This document shows, piece after piece, positions 55,746 to 64,000 of a stretch of 64,000 nucleotides of DNA (position 1 is the first letter of the stretch; every line of letters starts with the position of its first letter). The translations under genes and the position numbers were made by a program. This DNA comes from an uncultured bacterium (lineage in GTDB: Bacteria > Patescibacteriota > Minisyncoccia > UBA6257 > 2-01-FULL-56-20). Below the pieces are notes generated by a model. The model made no database searches, was not told the origin of the DNA, and was given only the letters and a program-made list of their open reading frames with translations. The stretch spans positions 119,963 through 183,962 of the forward strand of contig CAWDZM010000001.1 of assembly GCA_963807165.1 (NCBI GenBank), in the 5' to 3' direction.

Positions 55746-56843
55746 ATGAAGCCGCGGCCGATTGTTTTTCCAAAAGATACTCAGCCACACGATACCATCA
55801 TTGAATGGTGGTACTTTAACGGCTACCTCACCGGCGAGCGCGGTAAGAAATATGCCTTTATGGATTGTCTTTTTCGGGCGAACGTGGATAAGGTCAAGAT
55901 CCCTTATTTCAAAAATATTTTTGCGCGGACAAAATCCGGACGGTTCGCGCTTTTCGCGCATTCCATGCTGGCGGATCTTGGTGTAAAGAAGAGCGTGAAG
56001 GATGTTCAAAACATCTCGCTCGCGTCGCGCGACAGCTTTCGGCGGCCGCAGTTCTATGCGAGCTATATTGATCCGGTTTCCGTCGCCGGCGGCTTTGTGG
56101 CGCACGAGATGATGGAGATCGCGCCGGGGAAGTTTCACATCAAGACGGAGACACTCGATCTTATAATGGAATCGCGTCGCGCGCCAATGCTCGAAGGCGG
56201 CAATGGCTTCATCACCGTACGCTCGCGCGAAAGCTTTTACTATTCGCTGACCGACCTCAAGACAACCGGCATGGTTCGTGTTGGCGTATCCGGCGGCGAG
56301 GCGGAAGGCGAGTGGGTGCCTGTGAAGGGCCGGTCGTGGATGGATCACCAGTGGGCCGACGCGGCGTATGCGAAGGATAAGTGGACATGGTTCTCTATTC
56401 AGCTGGATGACGGCACGGATATTATGTGCGTGGAGTACGACGACGGAAAAGGAAAAGATTATGTTATTGATATTTTAGATGCGCGCGGCCGTGCGGCGCA
56501 TGCTGATCAGGCAACGTTTGTCCCAGGCCCGACGATATGGAAGAGTAAGGCGACGAAGGCAGAATATCCGCTCTCTTGGACAGTTACCATCCCCGAAAAA
56601 AATATCGTTCTTACCACGTCGGCGTTGCTTGCCGATCAGGAAATGATCTTCGGCGCGATCAGTTATTGGGAAGGCCCGGTGGCGGTGTCCGCCATCGTTA
56701 ATGGCAAAAAAGTAAAAGGCGTCGGGTTTATGGAACTCGCCGGATATCCTTCGGATTATAATTTCCTCCTCCTCGCCGGCAAAAAAGTGAACGCGCGAGT
56801 GCAGAAGGAGATCGGGGAGAGGATTAAAAATTTCTGGGGATAA
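55746..56843 (+). CDS. CrtC/AttH-like (hydroxyneurosporene synthase / lipocalin-like) family protein
   Basis: HDTIIEWWYFNGYLTGERGKKYAFMDCLF...WMDHQW...FSIQLDDGTDIM resembles the CrtC N- and C-terminal domains. Confidence 0.55.
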   Translation: MKPRPIVFPKDTQPHDTIIEWWYFNGYLTGERGKKYAFMDCLFRANVDKVKIPYFKNIFARTKSGRFALFAHSMLADLGVKKSVKDVQNISLASRDSFRRPQFYASYIDPVSVAGGFVAHEMMEIAPGKFHIKTETLDLIMESRRAPMLEGGNGFITVRSRESFYYSLTDLKTTGMVRVGVSGGEAEGEWVPVKGRSWMDHQWADAAYAKDKWTWFSIQLDDGTDIMCVEYDDGKGKDYVIDILDARGRAAHADQATFVPGPTIWKSKATKAEYPLSWTVTIPEKNIVLTTSALLADQEMIFGAISYWEGPVAVSAIVNGKKVKGVGFMELAGYPSDYNFLLLAGKKVNARVQKEIGERIKNFWG

Positions 56844-57135
56844 AATAGCTGACGAAGAGCTCCAAGATCGAGCGAATGTGTGAGTTCTATCGGGGGATGA
56901 CTCAAGAGCTTGCACTGGATCAGTTAGACGACATTTTTTCCGGAAAGGAGGTGATATCTAGTGAAGGAAATTTCGGAAACGGAAAAGAAAGTATTGCCGA
57001 AAATGCATGTTGAACCGCGCCCCATGGTGCCAATCAACAACACATGCCGGCAACCAAGCAACTGCCATTAGAAACTAATGGCACTCAACCGGGCCCGAGG
57101 ACAGTGGTATACTGTTCTTGGGCCCTTTTATTCAT

Positions 57136-57420
57136 ATGACAAGCCAGAAAAAGTCTACAATTTTGCAAAATATCGCTGACAAGTATAAACGACAATCGGA
57201 TGTTTTGGGCGTCCTTGTTTTTGGATCGTTCGTGAGGGGAAATTTCGACAAATACTCTGATATTGATGTTTACATACTCCAAAATAAAAAACCTACTTAC
57301 TCCCGCGAAAGCTATATGCTTAATGCCATTCGGGTGGATGTCACGATTGATGGAAAAATATTTGCCGAACAATCTTTAAAAGCCGAAAATCATTCGGTGG
57401 GGGCCAGGGCTCGAACCTGA
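57136..57420 (+). CDS. nucleotidyltransferase-domain (MNT-like) protein; 3' end overlaps tRNA-Gln
   Basis: GVLVFGSFVRGNFDKYSDIDVYIL (the GS-X9-DxD minimal NTase motif); stop codon lies inside the antisense tRNA. Confidence 0.5.
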   Translation: MTSQKKSTILQNIADKYKRQSDVLGVLVFGSFVRGNFDKYSDIDVYILQNKKPTYSRESYMLNAIRVDVTIDGKIFAEQSLKAENHSVGARART

Positions 57421-57468
57421 ACTCTTCTGCTTCAAAGGCAGACGTGTTACCGATTACACCACCCCCCA
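57396..57468 (-). tRNA. tRNA-Gln(TTG)
   Basis: Reverse complement TGGGGGGTGGTGTAATCGGTAACACGTCTGCCTTTGAAGCAGAAGAGTTCAGGTTCGAGCCCTGGCCCCCACC: D-arm GTGT/ACAC, anticodon stem TCTGC/GCAGA with loop CTTTGAA, T-arm TCAGGTTCGAGCCCTGG; the acceptor stem has 1-2 mismatches. Confidence 0.65.
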
Positions 57469-57476
57469 ATAAATGA

Positions 57477-58190
57477 TTAACGAAAAAATTCTACCACGCC
57501 TTGGGTCCATCCGGCAATGCGGCGGTTCAGCGAGATGCTTGATCGCACCCTGATTCGTATGACACCGAAATAAGTATCATCGATATTTTTTCGATTAGTT
57601 TTTATATTAGCTTTTTTGAAATAGATACGAGAAAAATAATCCGGGGCAATTCCAATTTTCTCTGACCAAAAATCGATTATTTGTTTTACGCGATGCCGGT
57701 GGGTATCGTGAATATAGATTTCAAAAATGAGCTCAGTGTTATCGATATAGCAAACATCTTTAAGCCAGCGGAGAAATAAGCAAATCATGGTCGGATCCAT
57801 ATTGGTAAATTGGACTCCCGAGCCCGGGCGATACTCTTTTTCTTTTGATCCTTCTGCCCAATAGAGCATAGTTCCCATAAGCCATAATTCTCGATTGCTT
57901 ATTGGACCGATCTCAGATTTCGCAATATCCATAATTGCTTTTGTTCTATCGAGGCGTTGCTGGTGTTTTGCAGCACCACCACGCTTTGCTGATGCCAGCT
58001 TCTTTTCAGTCAATCGCTGTTTTTGATGTTTTGACAATCCAACGCTATGAAGCCAATCCGATAGTGTTGATTTGGCAATAGGTACCTTTTTTAATATTTC
58101 CGTATATGAGAGCCCATTTTTGCGCAATATAATAGCCTTTTCTTTTATAAGATATGTTTCATATTTAGCGTTGTAGTAGTAAGTATGCAC
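57477..58190 (-). CDS. hypothetical HTH-domain protein, paralog of 556..1191; stop lies 9 nt before the 5' end of tRNA-Gln on the same strand
   Basis: LSYTEILKKVPIAKSTLSDWL (HTH); LYWAEGSK, NMDPTMICLFLRWLK and IYIHDTHRHR are collinear with the other copy. Confidence 0.5.
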   Translation of the reverse strand: MHTYYYNAKYETYLIKEKAIILRKNGLSYTEILKKVPIAKSTLSDWLHSVGLSKHQKQRLTEKKLASAKRGGAAKHQQRLDRTKAIMDIAKSEIGPISNRELWLMGTMLYWAEGSKEKEYRPGSGVQFTNMDPTMICLFLRWLKDVCYIDNTELIFEIYIHDTHRHRVKQIIDFWSEKIGIAPDYFSRIYFKKANIKTNRKNIDDTYFGVIRIRVRSSISLNRRIAGWTQGVVEFFR

Positions 58191-58225
58191 ATCTCACATT
58201 AAAAATATGTTAAAATAATCTTGAC

Positions 58226-58837
58226 ATGAAATACGAACTACCAAAACTTCCTTATGCGTACGATGCGCTCGAACCGTACATTGATGCACGCACGATGGAA
58301 ATCCATTACACCAAGCATCACCAGACGTATGTGAACAAGCTGAACGAGGCGCTTGATAAGCATCCGGAGATCGCGGATAAACCGCTCGAAGAATTACTCG
58401 CCAACCTGGATGCGGTGCCGGAAGATATTCGCGGCGCGGTGCGCAATCACGGCGGCGGTCATTTAAATCATTCATTCTTTTGGACGATCATGGGACCACG
58501 CGCGTCTGGTAGCGATAACGCGCCGATCGGCGCGATGGCGGATGGTATCGCGAGCGCGTTCGGCAACTTCGCCACATTCAAAGAGGAATTTACCAAAGCC
58601 GCCGCCGGTGTGTTTGGCTCGGGCTGGGCATGGCTTGTGGTGGATGCCGATGGCAAGCTTGCGGTAACCTCAACGCCAAACCAGGACAGTCCGCTTTCAA
58701 AGCATCAAAAGCCATTGCTTGGGCTCGATGTATGGGAGCATGCCTATTATCTCAAGTACCAAAATATGCGCCCCGATTATATCAACGCGTGGTGGAGTGT
58801 GGTAAATTGGAAATCAGTAAACGAAAAATATAGCTAA
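58226..58837 (+). CDS. sodA: Fe/Mn superoxide dismutase
   Basis: [38 protein letters not shown]...GSGWAWL...DVWEHAYYL. Confidence 0.9.
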   Translation: MKYELPKLPYAYDALEPYIDARTMEIHYTKHHQTYVNKLNEALDKHPEIADKPLEELLANLDAVPEDIRGAVRNHGGGHLNHSFFWTIMGPRASGSDNAPIGAMADGIASAFGNFATFKEEFTKAAAGVFGSGWAWLVVDADGKLAVTSTPNQDSPLSKHQKPLLGLDVWEHAYYLKYQNMRPDYINAWWSVVNWKSVNEKYS

Positions 58838-58841
58838 CACC

Positions 58842-58897
58842 CTTGAGCGAGTGGACGTTCTTACGTTGGAGCGAGGGGGTCTTAGCTATATTTTTTT
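58842..58897. repeat. hairpin carrying the conserved core (copy 4, reverse orientation); bidirectional terminator between sodA and fmt
   Basis: tagctaacaccctTGAGCGAGTGGACGTTCTTACGTTGGAGCGAgggggtcttagcta. Confidence 0.65.
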
Positions 58898-59754
58898 GCT
58901 TTCTGGCCTTCTTCTTGGATCGTAATCAATTTCAGTGCGCCGCTATCCATCCGTGCTTCGAGTAGTTTTATTCGCTTGCCGTTTTGCAGTGTCCAACAGC
59001 CCGGTTCGGGATTCAATGCATGAATAGTGCGCACGATCAATTCCGCTTTGTCGCTATTGCCAGCGATCGCGGCGTCGAGCTCTGAATATTCAATAAATCC
59101 ATTATCAGTGGTGAATTTTTTTGTGAAGGTTGCGCTGGATTCATCCTGCGTCTGCGGTGAAACAGTTCCATCTAAAAGTGCTGGAATGACCTGTATTAAA
59201 AGCTTTGCTGATAATGTGGCCAGTTGCTCCTCGAGCGCCGGATAGCCAGTAATGAGCGCATCCAGCGCCAGCTCCTCTTGGGCAAAAATCGCGCCATGGT
59301 CCATCTTTTCGTCCATTTGATAGATAGTGGAGCCGGTCATGGTTTCGCCTGCCAAGATAACGGATTGAATAGGCGATGCGCCGCGGTACGCGGGCAGAAG
59401 CGATGGGTGGGTGCCGAGCGTGCCACGGCGCGGGATGCCAAGCACCGCATTCGGAATAATTTTTGCGTATGCAGCAACGACAAAGAAATCTGGCTTACGT
59501 GCCTGGAGTTGTGCAATAAAATTATCATCTAATTTTTCCGGCTGAAGAATGGCAATCTCCGCTCCATGCGCGGCATTATATTTTTCTATCAGCTGTTTTG
59601 TTAGCGGGGGAGTGATGACTTTTTTCCGGCCGAGCGGTCGGTCGGGATTACAGATAAGCGCGGCTGGAACAAACCCGCCCGCAATCAAACCGTTTAAAAC
59701 GACCTCCGCAAAGCGCGGCGTGCCGAAGAAGACATAGTTAGAATGAGGATTCAT
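58882..59754 (-). CDS. fmt: methionyl-tRNA formyltransferase
   Basis: VFFGTPRFAEVVLNGL...GTLGTHPSLLPAYRGASPIQ (formyltransferase motif), C-terminal domain. Confidence 0.85.
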   Translation of the reverse strand: MNPHSNYVFFGTPRFAEVVLNGLIAGGFVPAALICNPDRPLGRKKVITPPLTKQLIEKYNAAHGAEIAILQPEKLDDNFIAQLQARKPDFFVVAAYAKIIPNAVLGIPRRGTLGTHPSLLPAYRGASPIQSVILAGETMTGSTIYQMDEKMDHGAIFAQEELALDALITGYPALEEQLATLSAKLLIQVIPALLDGTVSPQTQDESSATFTKKFTTDNGFIEYSELDAAIAGNSDKAELIVRTIHALNPEPGCWTLQNGKRIKLLEARMDSGALKLITIQEEGQKAKKYS

Positions 59755-60257
59755 TATTCAGAAGTTTGTTCGGATGTATAGACTTTCTTTGCACGATCAA
59801 TGAAGAGCTTTCCGTTCAAGTGGTCAATTTCGTGCTGGAATATCCGTGCGAGCAACCCCCACGCCTTTACTTTGACTGGCTTCCCCATTTTGTTGTAGCC
59901 GCTGACGACGATTTGCTCCGCGCGCGTTACTTCGCCCCATTTTCCCGGGATACTGAGGCATCCTTCCTCGAAAGAGATCGTCGTTTTCTCCACCTTTTCT
60001 ATTTTTGGATTGAACACCGCATAAAATTTTGTGCCGCCATCTGGGTCGGGTATCTCCGCGACGAAGACAGAAAAGCTGAGTCCGATCTGATTCGCTGAAA
60101 GCCCGATACCGTTCGCCGCGTGCATGAGGCGCCGCATGCGTACGACGAGATCGTTTATCTCTTTACGCGTGAATTTTTTAAACTCGAACGGAACAGTTTT
60201 TTTTCGCAAAAACTTTTCATCTTTTTTGGTGGCGACAGTAACGATTTCGGGGACCAT
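59754..60257 (-). CDS. def: peptide deformylase
   Basis: GIGLSANQIG, EGCLSIPG, QHEIDHLNG. Confidence 0.85.
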   Translation of the reverse strand: MVPEIVTVATKKDEKFLRKKTVPFEFKKFTRKEINDLVVRMRRLMHAANGIGLSANQIGLSFSVFVAEIPDPDGGTKFYAVFNPKIEKVEKTTISFEEGCLSIPGKWGEVTRAEQIVVSGYNKMGKPVKVKAWGLLARIFQHEIDHLNGKLFIDRAKKVYTSEQTSE

Positions 60258-60258
60258 A

Positions 60259-60525
60259 TTATTTCTTTTTTGCGGTGCCTTTTACGAGGCTCATAAAATA
60301 TGCACCGCGGTTCTTTATGTTTGCGCGCTGAGCCACGTCCTTTGCAAGACGCATAAGGCCATCAGCATCGTTTTCTTTGGCGAGTTTAATATAGAGCGCT
60401 TTATGCTTTTCGTCTGCCAATATTTGGGAGATCTCAAGGCCGATAAGCTGGTACTTTTTATAAACATGCGATTCCTTGCCACGACGCTTGAGCTCTGCCA
60501 CGTATTTCTCCCGCATGCGTGCCAT
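60259..60525 (-). CDS. hypothetical small protein, basic C-terminus
   Basis: 88-aa ORF immediately upstream of def on the same strand. Confidence 0.4.
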   Translation of the reverse strand: MARMREKYVAELKRRGKESHVYKKYQLIGLEISQILADEKHKALYIKLAKENDADGLMRLAKDVAQRANIKNRGAYFMSLVKGTAKKK

Positions 60526-60728
60526 AGGTCTATTTTAGCGCATTTGATGATTATTGGCGACTTTTATTTAAGATAGTTTTAATGGTGAAATTGTTATGGT
60601 GGTGTGAAAATGATGGATTTTATCAACTCAAAAAAGGAGCACATATTTTTAGACCAGAGAAGGGGTGATCCTCCCATCGAGCACCGCTCTTTTAGCTTTT
60701 AATGATTTTTTAATAAGTTAATGTTAAA

Positions 60729-62057
60729 ATGAATTCCATGACAAAAGAGCTCAAAAAGAAGATCTTAGGGATCATTGCGATCGTATTGCTCGGATGCGTA
60801 ATCTTGGGAAGCGGTGCATGGATTGGATGGACGGCGGGAAGGAGATATCCGGAAAATATCGTGGTAAGCGATGCAACGAACATCACCCCCGATGCCTCCA
60901 CGACGACAGCCGACTTCAGCACATTTTGGGCGGCATGGCAGGATATTAATAACGATTCACTCTGGACGCCGAGCACGACGCCAACGGAACGGATGTATGG
61001 CGCGATCAGCGGTATGGTGGGATCGCTCGGTGATCCATACACGGAATTTTTCTCGCCTGCGGATAGTAGCCAGTTCACGCAGGACATTACCGGCAATTTC
61101 GGCGGCATCGGCGCGGAGCTTGGCGAGAATAGCAGCACAGAGATCGTCGTCATTTCGGCGATCAGCAGTACGCCCGCGTTTGCGGCGGGATTAAAGCCGG
61201 AGGATGTCATCACTTCTATCAATGGAAGTTCTACTGCGAATATGAATATCGATAATGCAGTGAACTTGATCCGTGGAACGGTGGGCACAAATGTGACGCT
61301 TGGCATCTTGCGCAACGGCTGGAGTGCGCCAAAAAACTTTACGATTACCCGCGCAGATATTCAGGTGCCAACGGTGGAATTTTCTATGAAGGGCGATATC
61401 GCAGACATCCAGCTGAATGAATTCACGCAGGATGCGGACGATCTTTTCTATAAAGCGCTTCAAAATGCAGTGAATGCCAATGCAAAAGGGATCGTGCTGG
61501 ATCTTCGTGGCGATCCGGGAGGATATTTGCAGGTTGCCGTGGATATCTCCGGATATTTCCTTAAGCCAGGTTCTCCGGTGGTAAAAGAAGTAGGACGCAC
61601 GGTGCCGGAGCAGGATTATACGGCGAGCGGTAGTGGCGCGTTGGGTACTATGCCGATGGCGATTTTGATCGATGGCGGTTCTGCGTCCGCGGCGGAGATC
61701 CTTTCGGGAGCGTTGAATGATGATCGTAATGTTCCGTTGGTCGGTGCAAAGAGTTTTGGAAAGGGGACGGTTCAACAGCTCGAGGATCTTCCGGACGGTT
61801 CATCGCTTAAGATAACCGTGGCGCATTGGGTGTTGCCATCGGGACGCATTTTGGATCACGACGGTCTGTTGCCGAACTATCCGGTGGCTATCACCGATGC
61901 ACAGATCGCGGCCGGGCAGGATCCTCAGCTCACGAAGGCATTACAGATTGTGACGGATGAGATCAACGGCACGCCGTTGCCTCCATCGGCAGATACGAGT
62001 GCCGCAGCGGCAGCGGCTGCCACGGCGGCGGCAAACGCAAGCAGTAGCGCACAATGA
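60729..62057 (+). CDS. ctpA: C-terminal processing peptidase (S41 family) with PDZ domain
   Basis: N-terminal TM; PDZ (GGIGAELG...[29 protein letters not shown]); S41 motifs LDLRGDPGG and FGKGTVQ. Confidence 0.8.
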   Translation: MNSMTKELKKKILGIIAIVLLGCVILGSGAWIGWTAGRRYPENIVVSDATNITPDASTTTADFSTFWAAWQDINNDSLWTPSTTPTERMYGAISGMVGSLGDPYTEFFSPADSSQFTQDITGNFGGIGAELGENSSTEIVVISAISSTPAFAAGLKPEDVITSINGSSTANMNIDNAVNLIRGTVGTNVTLGILRNGWSAPKNFTITRADIQVPTVEFSMKGDIADIQLNEFTQDADDLFYKALQNAVNANAKGIVLDLRGDPGGYLQVAVDISGYFLKPGSPVVKEVGRTVPEQDYTASGSGALGTMPMAILIDGGSASAAEILSGALNDDRNVPLVGAKSFGKGTVQQLEDLPDGSSLKITVAHWVLPSGRILDHDGLLPNYPVAITDAQIAAGQDPQLTKALQIVTDEINGTPLPPSADTSAAAAAAATAAANASSSAQ

Positions 62058-62503
62058 AAGTAATATTTTTAAGTGACGTACGCAACGTCGCCAAGAAATA
62101 CGATATCAAAGAGGTGAGCGATGGCTATGCCCGAAATTTTCTTTTCCCGGCAAAACTCGCCGAGACCGCCACGCCGGAGGCGATGAAGAAGCTCGAGTCC
62201 ATGAAGGCCACGCACGATAAGGAGGATAGGGAAGTGCTTGCACAGCTTCAATCACTCGCAAAGAAGATCAACGAAACAAAGATTCGTTTTGAGCTGAAGG
62301 CCGACAAATCCGGCGCGGTATTCGGTTCGGTCAATAAGGAGACTATTTTAAAAGCGATGCGTGAGCATAAGCTGATCGGCGCGGAGCGGATCGATATTGA
62401 TCTAAAATATCCAATTAAAGAACTCGGCGAATTTTCTGTGATGATCGATCTAAAGAAAGGAGTGACCGCGAAGCTTGGGTTGATAGTTGACAAAATGCAA
62501 TAA
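62054..62503 (+). CDS. rplI: 50S ribosomal protein L9
   Basis: [48 protein letters not shown]... Confidence 0.85.
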   Translation: MKVIFLSDVRNVAKKYDIKEVSDGYARNFLFPAKLAETATPEAMKKLESMKATHDKEDREVLAQLQSLAKKINETKIRFELKADKSGAVFGSVNKETILKAMREHKLIGAERIDIDLKYPIKELGEFSVMIDLKKGVTAKLGLIVDKMQ

Positions 62504-62534
62504 TAGATTTATTATTTAGACAGAGGTAATTGCG

Positions 62535-62666
62535 ATGAAGTATACCTTTCTTCAGGTGGCTACGTCGGTTGCCGTGGTGGCACTATGCGCCGCAGCATAT
62601 TTCGGCGGCCCAACGCATTTCGGTCACGGACTGCAGTTGAGCCATGTATTATATCTTGGCCATTAA
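62535..62666 (+). CDS. hypothetical small hydrophobic peptide (43 aa)
   Basis: GAGG RBS; MKYTFLQVATSVAVVALCAAAYFGGPTHFGHGLQLSHVLYLGH; followed by a terminator. Confidence 0.25.
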   Translation: MKYTFLQVATSVAVVALCAAAYFGGPTHFGHGLQLSHVLYLGH

Positions 62667-62671
62667 GGCCT

Positions 62672-62722
62672 CGCACAAAGGGGAGGGTTGGCGCACAAAT
62701 GTGCGGCAACCCTCCCCTTTTT
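62672..62722. terminator. bidirectional rho-independent terminator (small ORF / rpmA)
   Basis: aaggggagggttggcgcacaaatgtgcggcaaccctcccctttttacttt. Confidence 0.7.
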
Positions 62723-62772
62723 ACTTTTAATATTATCCAACATAAAAAATCCCCTTAAGGGGATTTTTATTA

Positions 62773-63051
62773 CTACGCCGCTACGATCTGTACGATTGTT
62801 GCTTTGCGCCGTGAGCCATCAAAGTGCCCCTTCATTTTTGTGGTGAACTTGACTGTGCCGTTTTTGCCGGCAAAGAGGGTGTCATCATCAGCGCGGAGGA
62901 CGTTTGCGCCCGGGGTGTACTTGGTGCCGCGCTGGCGGACGATGATCTGGCCGACCATGACCTTCTGGCCGTCCTGAAGCTTGACGCCGAGCCGTTTGGC
63001 AACGGAATCGCGTCCTAATTTGGTAGAGCCGATGGCTTTGGTATGTGCCAT
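62773..63051 (-). CDS. rpmA: 50S ribosomal protein L27
   Basis: [51 protein letters not shown]... Confidence 0.85.
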   Translation of the reverse strand: MAHTKAIGSTKLGRDSVAKRLGVKLQDGQKVMVGQIIVRQRGTKYTPGANVLRADDDTLFAGKNGTVKFTTKMKGHFDGSRRKATIVQIVAA

Positions 63052-63108
63052 AAGATAATTAAATAGTGATTAAATGTTATTTCAAACGTCATTCCATTTT
63101 ATGGTAGA

Positions 63109-63837
63109 ATGCAGGTAATGTCAACCACTAGCAAGCTCGTAATCGATATAGAGACCATTGGCGAGGACTTTGAGTCGCTCGACGATGCCACGCAGGAAAA
63201 TATTACCCGCTGGATCAAGCGCGAGTCCGGTAGCGAGGAGGAATACAAGATCGCGCTCGAAGACCTTAAGAACGGCCTTGGGTTTTCGCCGCTGACCGGC
63301 GAAATCGTCGCGATTGGACTGCTCGACTATCACAAGAACGAGGGCGCGGTGTATTACCAGGCGCCCGGGCAAAGGAACGCGGAGGTAAAAGAGGATGGCG
63401 TCAGCTTTAAACAGATGACGGAAAAAGATATGCTCGCAAAGTTTTGGGAGCTCGCCGAGCGTTATCAAGTGTTTATTACGTTCAACGGTCGCGCGTTCGA
63501 CATGCCGTTTATCATGATCCGTTCCGCGATCCACGGCATTCGGCCGACGAAGGATCTGATGCGGGGGCGATATCTCTACCAAAATAATCCGGAAGCGCTA
63601 CATATCGATCTCGCGGAGCAACTTTCGTTTTATGGCGCAACGCGACGGAAGGGGAGTTTGCATCTATGGTCTCGCGCCTTCGGCATCCCGAGCCCAAAAG
63701 CCGGCGGAGTGACCGGCGACGATGTGGGTCCGCTCTTCAAAAAGAAAAAGTTTTTGGATATCGCAAAGTATAATGTGCGCGACATCCGCGCCACACGGGA
63801 TCTGTATACCAAGTGGGAGAGCTATCTGCAGTTTTAA
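63109..63837 (+). CDS. RNase H-like 3'-5' exonuclease (PolB-exonuclease-like / YprB-type)
   Basis: LVIDIETIG (Exo I DxE), ITFNGRAFDMPF (Exo II), YNVRDIRATRDLY (Exo III YxxxD). Confidence 0.65.
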   Translation: MQVMSTTSKLVIDIETIGEDFESLDDATQENITRWIKRESGSEEEYKIALEDLKNGLGFSPLTGEIVAIGLLDYHKNEGAVYYQAPGQRNAEVKEDGVSFKQMTEKDMLAKFWELAERYQVFITFNGRAFDMPFIMIRSAIHGIRPTKDLMRGRYLYQNNPEALHIDLAEQLSFYGATRRKGSLHLWSRAFGIPSPKAGGVTGDDVGPLFKKKKFLDIAKYNVRDIRATRDLYTKWESYLQF

Positions 63838-63886
63838 CGCCGGCGATTTTAGATAATTTTAATGCGCTGCGTGGTAGTATTTTGGG

Positions 63887-64000
63887 GTGAATAAAATAAA
63901 AATATATATTGCGGAATATAAGCGCGAGGTCGCGTTTGGCGTAATCATATTCTTCGTTGCATCACTTGGTTTTGCTCTGGGATATTCTGCCAACCGGCAA
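63887..64000 (+). CDS. hypothetical membrane protein, 5' fragment running off the window (GTG start)
   Basis: VNKIKIYIAEYKREVAFGVIIFFVASLGFALGYSANRQ...; open to the window end. Confidence 0.25.
   Translation, partial: MNKIKIYIAEYKREVAFGVIIFFVASLGFALGYSANRQ

Noticed and set aside
56873-57069. Two tiny ORFs (45 and 37 aa) upstream of the NTase gene, one with a strong AAGGAGGTGA RBS
   Set aside because: No recognisable motifs; possibly a remnant or antitoxin-like, but unsupported without homology searches
1-64000. CRISPR arrays, rRNA genes, transposases/integrases
   Set aside because: I saw no regularly spaced direct repeats, no rRNA-like conserved stretches, and no DDE, tyrosine- or serine-recombinase motifs in any ORF

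Overview
This 64-kb window looks like a chromosomal segment from a small-genome bacterium, probably CPR/Patescibacteria-like; that is inferred from the reduced dcw cluster, many short genes, long hairpin terminators and a tRNA group I intron. GC is about 50%. Recognisable content includes the dnaE N-terminus, ribosomal proteins (rpmG, rplJ, rplL, rplI, rpmA), a reduced dcw cluster (mraZ, rsmH, ftsL, ftsI, murF-like), murB, hpf and secA. Central carbon genes are present as tpiA, a fused zwf-gnd gene and pgi. There are two ECF sigma modules, a MacAB-like and an EmrAB-like efflux operon, a znuACBB operon, lexA, sodA and def-fmt. I found six tRNAs, two of which are missing from the ORF track, plus an unannotated rpmG. 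The most interesting observations are: a tRNA-Thr(GGU) interrupted by a 209-nt group I intron; a four-copy family of terminator hairpins that share a conserved ~35-nt core with unrelated stems; two paralogous HTH proteins each encoded immediately 5' of a tRNA gene; a tandem pair of divergent MYG1/UPF0160-like paralogs with atypical codon usage; a Zwf-Gnd fusion protein; an rsmH frameshift; tandem GH130 domains; a 23-nt motif shared upstream of a response-regulator gene and a murB-region ORF; and a ~150-nt structured candidate ncRNA. No CRISPR array, rRNA or clear transposase was seen.
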